DNA of 62,240 nt, filler included, from Choristocarpus tenellus KU-1152 (taxonomy: Eukaryota; Protista; Phaeophyceae): assembly GCA_964200185.2 (NCBI GenBank). It is 12 parts of 12 records of this genome, joined end to end, with 100 filler letters (N's around TTAATTAATTAA, not from the genome) between each part and the next. Parts side by side here need not be neighbours in the genome. Positions count along the whole stretch, not along the records: positions 10,645 to 15,903 come from CAXNAD020011334.1; positions 16,004 to 31,401 come from CAXNAD020001005.1; 10 more parts are not named here. The stretch is one strand, 5' to 3'. The notes under the pieces were generated by a model. It made no database searches. It was given only the letters and a program-made list of their open reading frames with translations, and had not been told where the DNA came from. A program made the position numbers and the translations under genes. This document shows, piece by piece, positions 13,501 through 26,400 of the stretch. Positions within the stretch are counted from its first letter, which is position 1. Each line of letters starts with the position of its first letter.

Positions 13501-15838
13501 GAGCGAAAACACAACAAAGACATAAACTTGAATCCAAATTCCACATTAGATCTCACGTGACATACAATCAATTCATAAATCATACGCTGATTTGTACAAA
13601 ATAAATTTGATCCATACAACAAAGATTTGATTCATACAACAAAGATTTGATCCATACAAAAAAGATTTGATTCATACAACACAGTATTGATCCAGTTGTA
13701 ACACAGTGTCAGTTAAAACAATGAAATTGATTAATATAATATATAATATTGATTAATGCAATATGATGCACTTATTGATTAATACAATATAATACATTGA
13801 TTCATTCATACAACATACTGACACAGTATGCCGACCCACACACCGTATATATGGCTTGCCTTCGGAATGAAACATTTGGTAGTTGTTCAACCCCTGTTCA
13901 CAAGAAAAATCAATACAAGGAGTAGTACAAGTGACCATGACACCAGAACACCCACCCTCAATGCCTTGGCAATCTCCACCCTAGAGATGAACCCCTTGAA
14001 CATTGAATCCGCGTCAACAACTGGAAGAGCATAGAAGCCATGCCTGTCCAGCAAGCCTTCTGCCTGCTCCAAGGCACATCACACAAGTGCAAAAAATATA
14101 TATATAAAATTGTTAACCAAATCAAAGGACTCAATAGATACATTTGACATACACCACAGCACACCAGTAGGGTTTTTTTCATATTAGACAAGATAACAAC
14201 AAGAAAGTAGACAAAGAGTCAATCTTCCACCTCCGTAATAAATTTTAAAAAACTCTAAAAAAAAACTCTAAAAAAAACTAACACCACACAGTGCTCAGTA
14301 CAATTCAAAACGGAAAAGTATTCTCAGAGCAGAAGGAACCATTCTTTCCAATTTAAAAAAAACTCAAAAAAGATCAGAAAAAAAATCAGAGAGAGAGAGA
14401 GAGAGCCCCTCACAAATATCACGTGGCATCAACCACACACATACACACACATTAGTTGTACACACACACACACACACACACACACATTAGTTGTACACAC
14501 ACACACACACACACACAATCAATGAAAAAAAGGGAGAAAATTCTCAGTGGGATCGATCAGTTCACAGACTTCCTCCCACCAATTTTTTTTTCAATGACAG
14601 ACAAGAGTCACATAATACCAATGGTGTTGTATATTATCAACGGAGATACAGAGACAGGAATTACCAAAAGGCCTTAACTATCCCAAGGTATGGCTTGACC
14701 TTGATTTAGCAATTAAATATGTATGATTTAATATGTATGATTGAATATGTATGATTTAATATGTATGATTTAATATGTATGATTTAATATGTATGATTTA
14801 ATATGTATGACAATTGCGTTATTGAATAGCCTAGATTAACTTCTACTTCCAACTGTTTTCCAACTATTTTCCAACTATTTTATTTTATTGTGCAAGTTCG
14901 ACTCTCACCCCATCAAAACAAAAGAAAAAAACCTAAAGCGCTCAATGGATCCATTAAAATATATATATATATATATATATATACTCTCGGCGCTCAATGA
15001 AAAATATATATATATCGATTTCAGAGGAAGCATCTCACCTGAGATATGGTTGCATTCAGTGTGCACGAGAGGACCGGAGACGTCATGAAGTCTTCCGCCA
15101 CTGGCTCTGGCTCAAATATCTGTTTTTTTGTGGAAGCAGCAATGTGTCATCCCATTGCAGTGGGGTGTCATTGCAATGAAAGGCGTTATCGTGAATGATG
15201 TCACGGGATGATGTCACCAATATAAGCGTGGACAACACCAAGGAGAGGGTTAGGGTTAGGGACAGAGTCAGGGGTGGAGGTAGAGTTGGAGGTAATAAGG
15301 GTGTCGTTCTTGGAGAGGTTAGGGTGGATGCAGTGAGAGGTTAGGGTTAGGGGTAATTGGATGATGAAAGCTAGCGACACGTACATAGTTTGAATATAAT
15401 TATAATTGAAATTGCAGTCATAAAATAATAATAATAATAAACAGAATTTCATAAGATATATACAAATATTTCCAAGAAAAAAATATATATCACAGGATAG
15501 ACCGTTTGGTGAAAAAAAATAATGCTTTCAAAAAGACGAAAATGACCCTAATCCTAACCCTGCAACTACACACTTTACATACACAATATACTATATACCA
15601 TACAATATACTATACACCATACAATATACTATATACCATACAATATACTATATACCATACAATATACAATATACAATATACTATATACTATACAATACAT
15701 CAATTTATCATTACTTGGTCATTGGCAATGTTCTGGATCAGCTCTGTCATAAGCTCTGTGGCTTCCTCCACTGGGTCTTCCTCTCCACTTATTCTTACTG
15801 AGGCCGCAGCTGCCTTGGGATGCCCCCCAGCACCAAAC
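11559..15838 (-). CDS. DHHA1 plus tandem CBS domain protein, 3' part (exons 15838-15715, 15119-15039, 14063-13956, 13082-13029, 12383-12243, 11723-11559)
   Basis: FGAGGHPKAAAAS is the DHHA1 GGH motif. VAEDFMTSPV...AEGLLDRHGFYALPVVD...FKGFISRVEIAKA is CBS1. RPVSGFMLNKVLQVSP...AVVVD...VRGVITRTDLLRQ is CBS2. All introns are GT-AG phase 0; the last exon is the least certain. Confidence 0.85.
13605..13680. repeat. 20-bp minisatellite (ATTTGATYCATACAACAAAG, about 4 copies); (AAT)n tract nearby at about 13460-13497
   Basis: Direct inspection. Confidence 0.9.
14717..14810. repeat. 14-bp minisatellite (AATATGTATGATTT, about 6-7 copies)
   Basis: Direct inspection. Confidence 0.9.
15582..15697. repeat. 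About 17-bp degenerate minisatellite (ACAATATACTATACCAT)
   Basis: Direct inspection; lies just inside the intron after the donor at 15714. Confidence 0.8.
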
Positions 15839-16348
15839 CTGTGTTCAATAGAACAAAAAAAACATAAAGCCCAAAAAGAGGTTTGGGGGTGGGGGGGGGG
15901 GAGNNNNNNNNNNNNNNNNNNNNNNNNNNNNNNNNNNNNNNNNNNNNTTAATTAATTAANNNNNNNNNNNNNNNNNNNNNNNNNNNNNNNNNNNNNNNNN
16001 NNNCCCTTCCGTCTCTCATGCCATCCATCCCCCCCCTCCCAGGCCCGCCCCTACTTCGGCCTCGGATCCCCCCCCCATCATCCCCCCTAATTCACACCAC
16101 AGGAAGGGTGAAATTTCATTCATAGCCATACCAGTGGTTAGTTTGCTGCAATCCCTGTACAATTGTTCTTAGTATTACTATCACTACCATTACTATCAAG
16201 GTTAGGGTTAGGAACATGAGCATGGTGTATACTGTGCTTTGGGGCGTACTCAATTCTACATGTAACATGTACTCAATTCTACATGTACTCAATTCTACAT
16301 GTACTCAATTCTACAGGTGAAGAGGTGAAGAGGTGAAGTTATACATAC

Positions 16349-19300
16349 CTTGTTCGATTCAGTCCTATTGGTTTGGTGGGTGAAAGCCCTTGAGGCACAG
16401 CAGATCCAGCCAGTGTACCGGATCCATTTCCTCCTACCGTGGGGCCAGGGTTAGGGTTATCTTCACTGTCCTTCTCCTTGTCCTTGTCCTTGTTGAGTTT
16501 GTTGTCTCTTGCTCCCTTATCACCTCTATCACCTCTATCACGATCACGGCTTCCCTTTCTTGGTGCTCTCTCAGCACTAACCCTTGCTTTATCCCTTCAA
16601 GGGTCATAAAGGTGTATTTGTGGGATAAACCTAATGCTGTGAGATCAGAGGGTTGACAATGGTGAACTAATACTATACTATACTATAAGGGTTAGGGTAT
16701 GTCTTAGGGTTAGGGTATGTCTTAGGGTTAGGGCTAATGCTGCAATGCAACAGTTAAAAGGGAGTAATATTTAACTTCTACATGGATAAGTGAGTGACTG
16801 CCACTCTTAGGGTTAGGGTTAAGGTTAGGATTTAGCTCCTACAGTTGGTTTATTGATTAGGGTTAGGGTTAGTAATACTAATACTACTATAAATAATTAT
16901 TATATATATTTTAGTGCTAGTAATATGTAGTAATATATACTAATATTACTATTAATAATTATTATATATATTTTAGTGTTTGTGCTAGTATAGACAGTTA
17001 TGACACGAGTACAAGCAGGATTGATTGATGATTGATTGGTGACTGATTGATGACTGATTGATGACTGATTGATGACTGATTGATGGCTGATGACTGACTG
17101 AAAACTGATTGAATATATACACAACATAGCCTAGTACTGAGTTGTGTTCAATGGTCATTTGTCCGTGGTTATTGTCATTATTGTCATTATTATCAGTTAT
17201 TATTGTCATTATTGTCATTATTGTCAGTTATTATCATTATTGTCAGTCATTATCATTATCATTATCAGTTATTGTCAGTCATTGTCAGTTATTGTCAGTT
17301 ATTGTCAGTCATTGTCAGTTATTGTCAGTTATTATCAGTTATTGTCAGTTATTGTCAGTCATTATCAGTTATTGTCAGTTATTGACTCCTCTAAATTAAT
17401 AAAACACTGTCCCCATTGTGCTGTAAGGTTAGGGTTAATGATGTACTAGTAATAGTGATAATAGAAAAGAAATTTGAAGGTGAGATTATTGATCCATAAT
17501 AACGATAATTATTATAATTATTATAATAATTTTAAGGTTTTAAGGTTAGGGTTAGGGTTAGAGTTCATGACGAGTAATAGGAAGGGTAAGAGAAATGCAA
17601 GGGACAATGATGACTACTTATACAAAAATGGGTTAGGGTTAAGGTTGGGTTTGGCAGGGTGAAGGATGCAGCAGCAGGTACAAATAAAAAATGATGTGAA
17701 TAGAATGCACAGACATATATAATAAATAAAAATACAAACTTGGGGATATTACTGTACTATTAGTAGTAACAGAAAGACATAAAATTACAGACTAATCACA
17801 AGTGGTACAAAAAATAAAAATGGGTCAAGGTTAAGGTTAAGGTTAAGGTTAAGGTTAAGGTTTGGGTTAAGGTGAAGGTTAAGGTTAAGGTTTGGGTTTG
17901 ACAGGGTGGCGGTTACAGCAGCAGGTATAAGTAAAACATTACTGAGTAAAATGTAGTGTATTATTATTATTATTATTACTATTACTATTACTATGATTTA
18001 TATTATTATTATTATTATTACAACTATTATTCTTGTTATATGTGGAGTATGTATAAATGTATAAACTAAACGAAAATACCGCATGCGTTACTACTGAAAG
18101 TAGTGAAAGGAATGTAGTCTACATTATCATCTCGTCTTCACAATCAAGAAAATAAAAAAGGGGTTAGGGTTAGGGTTAGGGATGGGAAAACCGTACAGAA
18201 GAGTTGTAAAACAAATTTTATTATTCTTTGGTGATAAGTAGATTGATTGAATTAAACTAAATTCACTAAGGCAGGTCTGTTGTTGTTGATGAGTGGGTTG
18301 AATGAATTAAACTAAATTAAGTAAAGCACAAGAAGCTCTAAGCAATGTTAATACATCTCTGATGTACCACTGTAAATTTATCGGCATCTATTTACACCTA
18401 TCGATTGACACATTCTTTTTTTTGTTAGTAATGTACTAACCCTAACCCTAAAAAATGATGCAGTGTTACACACCTGTTATGAGTAATTCATACAGAGCAT
18501 TTTAACGATAGTCAGTCATACAGAAAAAATAAAAATGGTGTCAGTGCACAACACTGGATACAAAAAAAATAAAAATTCACCTCCTAGGGTTAGGGTCAGT
18601 AAAAATATCATGAGGTTAGGGTTGGTACATACTCTTCAAATAGTCGAACTAGTATGTGATCCTAGCCCTAACTCTAATCAAAATTATGCTTGAAATCAAT
18701 AAAAAAGTATTACAGCAAATAAATTGTACTAATAGATCAACAATACGAACCCTTACTACATCACCACTACCAATAATACTAAACCTAGAAATAATAACAA
18801 TGATAATAATAACAATAATAATAATAATAATAATAATAATGATGATAATACTTCAAAATGCCCCCCATCCTATCAAGGTACAAACAATGCACCAATCGAT
18901 ACATCACCTTGAGGATGCTTGCCAGGTGCCTGGACCATAGAATCCAACAGGAGATCCATCCCAAGGTATCGAACTCCTACTTCCCCTTCCGTCCCCCCCA
19001 GTACTTTTCTTGCTCCAGCCTCTCTCTCTGGCCGCCTCCATATCCCTCGAGTCCCTATCCCTCAAGTCCCTATCCCTCGAGTCCCTACGATCCCTCCTGT
19101 CATCCCTGTTGTCATCTCTTCCCCAATGCCTTCCTCTCTCATAGTCCCTCTCTCTTCCATGCTCCCTGTCAAAGTCATAGCCCCTGCCCCTGCCCCTGTC
19201 ATAGTCATGTTCTTTATCCTTTTCACCTGCCCTGTCTCTATCCCTCACCCTATCCCTATCCCTATCCCTGCTGTTGTCTCTGCTCTTATCTCTGTCTCTG

Positions 19301-22300
19301 TCTGCATCCCTGCTGTTGTCTCTGTCTCTGCTCTTATCTCTGTCTCTGTCTGCATCCCTGCTGTTGTCTCTGTCTCTGTCTCTGTCTCTGCTTTTGTTCT
19401 TTTCTGCATCTTTATGTTTGTCATCTTTGTGTTCCTTTCTACTCCGTTTGGTCTTGTCCTTCTCCTTCTTGTCCTTCTCCTTGTCCTTGTGTTTCCCCTT
19501 GGAGCTCTTGGAACCCTTTGAAGAGTCACTGTCCCTTCCCCCTGCCCTGCTCTTTGATTGTTGGGATTGGTGTGGATCATGACCTTCTCCTTTGTCATTC
19601 CGTTCACCGTCAGTAACGCCTCCTGCAGTACCCCTGCATACAACCAGTAAGAACAATGAAATTGCAATGCATACATACACCATCAATATCAAGGACACAA
19701 AAAAACAAAGAAACACATGCTCAAAGGTCTAAAGGTCTAAAGGTCTAAAGGTCAAGACACGTAGTGAAAATAGTTTTTTTATTATTATCCATTTTTATTG
19801 AACGATTTTTACTGTTATCAAGCAGAAATGAGCAAGCTACATAGAACATAGAACATATTTGCACACACAGTGAAACAAAACAACCATGAGAAAAAAGAAG
19901 AAACTAACCCTAACCCTAGAAGCGCAAAGACAAGAGATACACATAAAACAATGCAAGAGGAATTAGGAGTAAAGTTGGCAGTACCCTAACCCTAAAGTTG
20001 GTATGAGTGATACTTGAAAAAGAACCACAGCATTAGGAGGAAGAACTGCAACTAAGATTATGGGAGGTGGAATTTTTTTGCTAATAGAAACTGTACCATA
20101 CCATTAACAAGAGTTAATGGGGCATCTCACCACCACAGCTGGGCTAACCCTACATGTCCAAATCAATAGGAAGTATCATTACTATATTAACTATTATTAT
20201 TGTTAATAGTATTTTAATTATTATTGTTACTGCTAATATCAATCTTGGCATAACTCATCACCAACAAGAGCTTGACATGAAACTGCCATAACACGATAAT
20301 ACTATGAATATTGTTATTATAATGGTATACATATTGTTATTATAATGGTATACATATTTTTAATGGTATACATATTGTTATTATAATGGTATACATTTTG
20401 TTATTATAATGGTATGAATATTGTTATTATAATGGTATACATATTGTTATTATAATGGTATACATATTTTTATTATAATGGTATACATATTTTTATTATA
20501 ATGGTATACATATTGTTACTCGACACCGAAATGCTTGCCTGTCTCTTGCATCACTGTCTTCTCCCTTGAATTGTTCCTTGGACTGGTCCTTGTTAGCATG
20601 GCTCTTGCTGTGACTCTTGCTGTGACTCTTGCTGCGACTCTTAGAGGTACTACTACTCCCTTCCCTGCTGCCCCTGCCATGACTACTCTTGCCATCCCTG
20701 CCATGAGAGGGAGATGACTTGAAAGTACCTACATCATGTCCATGTCCTTCAATAGCTCCACTTCCTCCCATTGATCCATGTCCATTGTTGTCTACCTTGT
20801 GTGAATTGTCCGTTGTCTTGCTTGACTTGCCTGACTTGCCTGACTTGCCTGACTTACTTGACCTGGAACTGGATGACTTCATAGATGACTTGGATACCTG
20901 TATGTGTTGTATGTGTTGTATGTGTTGTATGTGTTGTATGCATCGTATGTGTTTGACTAAGTGTTAGTTTATTGGGTATTATCCAAGTGTAGTGGTAGGG
21001 TTAGTATTGGCTACTTCTATCACTAGGTGATAAACAATTGAGCATATGTTATAGTAGTGGATTGGATATTCTAACACACCACACTATAATAATGGAAAAT
21101 AATAATAACAACACTAATAATAATAATAATAATAATAATAATACAATTGCAGTGTGTGATTGCGCAAGAGAGCTTCCATGTAGTCCAGACTACATACTAA
21201 AAGTGTGAAAGGGGACCGGGAAGGTGTTTACTAGCACATCAGATTTAGGGTTAGGAACAGATGTTGAAAAGGTATGCAATGGCCACGATACTCAATATAC
21301 ACCATGCCAATCACAATCTAGCTATTGCCAAACATCGCCTGCTTTTCTTCCTCAAGTGTAATGTGACAATACATTGAATAGGTTCTAATACATTGAATAG
21401 GTTCTAATACATACTGCTCTATCACCTCGGAATGTATAATTAATCTTAATGGCGAATGATTGAAATGAATTGGAACCAGTCACAGATACATCATTTACAT
21501 GCTTCCCCAATATTTATACAAATAATACCAAGAAAGCACTGCTGATCCTAACCCTAACCTACATATAATCCAGTGTGGATGGCAATACCTTGCTGCAAAC
21601 AGAAGAAAGGGAGCGCTCATATACATCACAAACTGTGGTCATATACATCATTTGCAGCTCTTCCCCGGTAAAGCAATCAATCAAACGAAAAAAACGAAAC
21701 AAATTTAAACAAAAAAAAAAACGAAATACATGTAGAAACGTAGCCTCATCAAACAGCTTGCACACTACAACTGTATTCCAACTGTATTCCAACTGTATTC
21801 CTGTACTGTACCACTCAAGTGCGTTTGTTGATGTATTGGTGTATTAGCAACGGGTTTATGAGCACAACAATGATCAAAGTTAGCATCAGTCCATGAATAG
21901 TGTTTGTTTTAGCCACCCTCTCCTCTTCAGTGTAGCTTATGTATTGGTGCACGTACTTAAATACTTTGTATTGTCACACTTCAATGTACTGAGAAAAAAA
22001 TAGTATTGAACAAGTAGACTATTACAAACACGGCACTGCTCAAGAAATAAACTTGGCAAAACAAAAGTAAGTGACAATCATTTGGGACTCACAACCTGGG
22101 TGTACTTCTTCGTGGCACTCATACTCTAAGCTACCTTGGCACTTCCTGACTTTACTGATGTCCCATGCACCCTGCCCTCCCCAGAGTTGGTCTCCAGCTC
22201 AAGGCTGTTGCTGTTCTCATTGGAGTCCTTCGTTCCATTCTTCCTTTCACTCCCTCGTTGTGAAGTACTCTGTCTGTTACATGCAATAAAGGGCAAGTTA

Positions 22301-23002
22301 ACCCAAGGCAGCAACTCCAACTCAATAGTCGTCAATCAAAACATGCCACCACATGAGCATCACCCAACACAATACATAAGCATCGTAAGCACACTGCTCA
22401 TTACTCAAGACTCCTGGAGAAGCTCTTGAAAACACATTTACGCACCAAGTTGATTTGCCAGCATTATCTCAAGACTAACGTGTTTGGTGCAGCGATGCAC
22501 CTATTAACTAACCCCTTACCCTTCTATCCCCCGACTTACAAGCAATGCTTGCTTCGATGGTAAAATATTGGAGAAACTACGAGCCACGCATTCTGCTGCA
22601 GTACTTATTGACCATGACTTTGGCATTCAATGGTTTGCATTGACGCATACCCATGTGCAGTACCTACCAACGAGTAGGTGCCATGAGGTAGCTGTACACA
22701 TCATGCACGTGCGAGTCAACCGCTTGACCAATGAGTAAAAGCTAACGTGTAGGTTTCATCATTTGAGAAAGATTCCATAACAGCACTGGCCTTTCAGGAT
22801 CCCTGGATTTGTCGTCGCTCCCGTCACTTCCACGATCACCAGATCTTGCTCTTCCCTTTTCGCGAACCTTACCTCTGCTCCGTTCTCTATCTCTCTCTGT
22901 GCTCTTGCTTCGCACTTTACTACGATCCCGTTTCCGACCCTTCTCCGCTTCCCGACTATGCTGATCTTCCGTTCCACTCTCCTCCCTGTCCCCACGTGAC
23001 AT
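16349..23002 (-). CDS. Low-complexity Arg/Asp/Ser/Lys-rich protein, 5' part (exons 23002-22791, 22273-22135, 20897-20539, 19633-18908, 16594-16349; 3' end missing)
   Basis: ATG at 23002. The five exons join in frame using GC donors at 22790 and 20538. RD/RS dipeptide tracts (SRDRDRDRDNSRDADRDRD) are typical of nuclear RNA-processing proteins; no folded domain is seen. Confidence 0.75.
17018..17385. repeat. Adjacent intronic minisatellites: 11-bp GATTGATGACT and 10-bp ATTGTCAGTT
   Basis: Direct inspection; source of several spurious ORFs. Confidence 0.9.
17826..17900. repeat. Telomere-variant array (TTAAGG/TTTGGG)n
   Basis: Direct inspection. Confidence 0.85.
20308..20518. repeat. 23-bp minisatellite (ATATTGTTATTATAATGGTATAC, about 9 copies)
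   Basis: Direct inspection. Confidence 0.9.
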
Positions 23003-23402
23003 TATCCTAGTGGCAATTCAAAACAGATAGGCGCCGCCTCTCTTCCTGCCCTCACCCTCCAAACAGTTCCCTTCGACAGCATACAAAGTAAGACCGTGAC
23101 CTATCACGATTAATACGGTCATACCCACCAACTATATCCTGCACAGGGCATCTTCGCGCTGACTGATGTAATGTTGGAGACACAGGTACCTGGTCCCTGT
23201 CTCCACAGTTCAGTGTCTAGACCTACCTACATCTTGTACCGAAAGTCAGATAATCCATACCGTATCCTGCCATAATACCGTCTACCAACCAACTATCACT
23301 CATAATAATAAAAATTATCGCTCATACCACCAGCTTGTCTTTGTCGATTACCTGTCGATTCCCCGGTATGTCCACACAGATCGCCAGGGACTAGATGAGA
23401 AG
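23003..23402. promoter_or_regulatory. Putative bidirectional promoter / 5'UTR region (400 bp, CpG-rich)
   Basis: Lies between divergent ATGs at 23002 (-) and 23403 (+); CpG is retained here and lost in both gene bodies. Confidence 0.6.
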
Positions 23403-26400
23403 ATGATGCTAAGGGAACTGGGAAGGGTTGCATTGTCCTTTCCATCACGATTGTCCAGTCGGGGAAAATTGTCTGCCTGCGGTGCCAGGTACGGTGCGTT
23501 CGATGACCTCTCTCATCTGTGTTCGTTCCGATCACGAGACAAATTATCGTTCATGAAGTAGTTCATCCATGGCATTGTACACCACTAGGCTGCACGGTTG
23601 ACTTCCACATCCTCACTAATTGCACTTGGATCTCCATACCTCTTCAAGCCTCGCATTTCCAATGTTTTGTTCCAGGGCACGGATTATTTGTGGTAGAGTA
23701 ATTCCAACCTCCTCAACTAATTGCAAAAAGAACTCTCAAGAATTGCACCATACCTCTATCTGGCAGTATAGCGACTTGCCAGTAATGTTTGGTGGCCTTT
23801 GAAGACAATCAAAAGTCATTTCGGTTGTCAGGAGCAAGATATAAGAGTGCTTTGTGTCGTGGTAGGGTTGAGGTCCATACGAATTACTTCAACAATGCAA
23901 GCACTAAAAGTGCGTCCTCTCCTCTATCGCTCTTGATGTTTTGACCTCATCTTCCTAAAATCTTGCCTCCAATCCCCACTCTACCAGTATGTTCACAAGA
24001 GGCGGTGCAACCGGTGCTACTGATACCCAGACCACCCGTAGCACAACTGCAACTGGCTCTGCCATGTACGAGGGTCAGCGGGCTGTTAGTGAATACTTGC
24101 AGTTCCACTTTGGAAGGTACGCTTGAATTGCATGTATTACCCGACCCTGAGCCCTTGTCCACCTGATACAAAAGATGACGTGCTGCTCAATCACTTTTCT
24201 GTACTTTAGAGTATCTTATCTCCCTTCTAACTCCCAGGTACTAGTCCCGAATATCGAACTTTCTTCAGTAGTGCACTTGATCCATGTAATAATCAATGTA
24301 ACACTCTCTAAACTGGGTTACACATTGAACCTACCAAAATCACAACCATTTCTAAAGTATGCGAATCATTGTAAGCACTCCCAGTCAACACACACGACAT
24401 AGCCTAAAGGACACACAACCCGTCAGCAATCGGCAAACCCTATTTGTACCCCCCTGACCCTAACCGTATTCCAGAGCCGAAGAAGTCCTACCACAAGGAG
24501 TTGGTCCAAGGGAGGCCCTCGACTTCCCCTGTCAATGTGCCGACTTGTGCATTGCTGCAGCAAAGCCTAGCAGTAGTCTACCAAACTCAAATGATGTATC
24601 CCTTCGAGCCCTGGACGTTGGCTGCGCAGTTGGAGGAGCCACGTTTGCACTCACACGAGGATTTGATGAGGTCAGTTAGGTCAATCTTGTCCCTATTTTT
24701 TTTCCTTTTGGTCCTAGGTCTTGACCACAGTGTGGCTGGAAGTCATCCATGTTCTCGTAGTACTTACTAAGGGTACCAGATTAGATGGGACAGAACCAGT
24801 CCATTCAGTTTTGAGATGAGACTGAATAGTGCGACCAGAGCGGCAAGCGTGATGTAGATGAGAACAAGTACAGCAGACCATCAATCGCAATCACCTATCA
24901 TACAAGGATACACAATATGGTGTACCCATCATCATCAAAATCTCCTCTACCATAATTGCATGCAATGCCTCTCAAGTATCGGAAAAACCTCGAGGACAAG
25001 TGTTGCTATTTCATATTAATAGTAATAATTATATATAATGTTAATACTGCTCTTGAACTGCTGTGTTTTTTTATGCTATGGTTCACTGTCCTATGATTTA
25101 GTTTGGTGTCAAGTTCTATCTGTGGCCCTATCTGTCTACGTATGGTGGGACTAGACCCAGATTATTTATTATTATTATTATATTTTATTATTGCACACCT
25201 CGAGTACTTTTTCATATAAAATGTTCAGTATGGCGTTGGCAGGTAGAGGATATTTGTATAGTCATTGCAGATGTTGTATCATAGTGTTAGGGTTAGGGCT
25301 TGTGTTGTATGAAGCATGAGTGGAGTACTATTGTTATTGCCTCAGTAGTTCAGTGGCTATTGTTACCTTTAATTTTATTTTGAACATTATATTGTTATAG
25401 ACCCCGTTCTGAGATATTGTGTAGATATGTTGTGCTCAGGTAACTCTAACCCTAACCCTGTTAAGGGGTGTACCAGTAATAGTAATAAGTAATGATTTGA
25501 AGAACGTCTTTCATAAGACAAATGTGTGGGTGATGTGATGATAACTTCATTCCTGGTAGGTAGGGTTAGGGTTATCTTTGAATGTCTAATTACTGCAATC
25601 TGTAGAGTACACTGCGGCTATGCTGTGTGTTCCCCACCAACATCTTAGGCGTGACAGATGTGTCAAACCTCTACTTGCATTCAATCGATGTGTGTGGACT
25701 ACTATGTGCAGGAATATAGACATTTTATCTTTGTCAAGGTGAAGTGAAAATATGGTAAAATAACACCTCTCCAAGTAAACAGTCGTATTCTTTCCAACAG
25801 ATTCAGAGAGTCAGTCTTGATCCAATATCTTCACTTAAGAATGCTGCTGTTGGATACAATCAGTTAATTAAAACATACTAAAGAGGTTTTTTGTAATGGG
25901 GTGGGGAGGTGGCGGGGGACTCTGGATGGTGTTTTTAATATTGCTTGGTGATCATTCAAATCATTCATAGTACCTTGGACTGTTATTAACTACTTGTTTG
26001 CACTGTACATCTAGGGTTAGGGTTAGCTTACACATCTTGACATCCGCAAGTCTTACTCAAGTGTTAGGGTTAGGGTTATCAGAACCCGGTACCTCATGAG
26101 GTCTGTCTGCGTGTGAATGTAGTCATAGTCCACACCTCTCCCTGTTCTCTTAAAATATCTCCAAATTGTATTTTTATTTTTTGTACATTACGGTGATGTT
26201 TCCAAATTGTATTTTTAATGTATGTAATTGTATTTTTGTACTTGGAGTAGCACTCTAGGGTTAGGGTTGGTTACAAACGCCTCTAGGGGTGATGATGAGA
26301 AACTTGTTGCGACTATTGGGACAGATTGCTCTGTTAGTTCACTCTGTACAAAAACCAAAGAGTTAAATAATCTGTATGATGGCATCGCAGAAGTTGTCAT

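Noticed and set aside
13171-17449. Many short ORFs with poly-I, poly-Y, HT or LLSVIVS repeats
   Set aside because: Translations of micro- and minisatellites in introns.
17826-17900. Telomere-like array as a true chromosome end
   Set aside because: Short, degenerate and located inside an intron.
18858-19616. Long Cys/Pro-rich plus-strand ORFs (252 and 200 aa)
   Set aside because: Antisense shadows of the RD-rich minus-strand exon.
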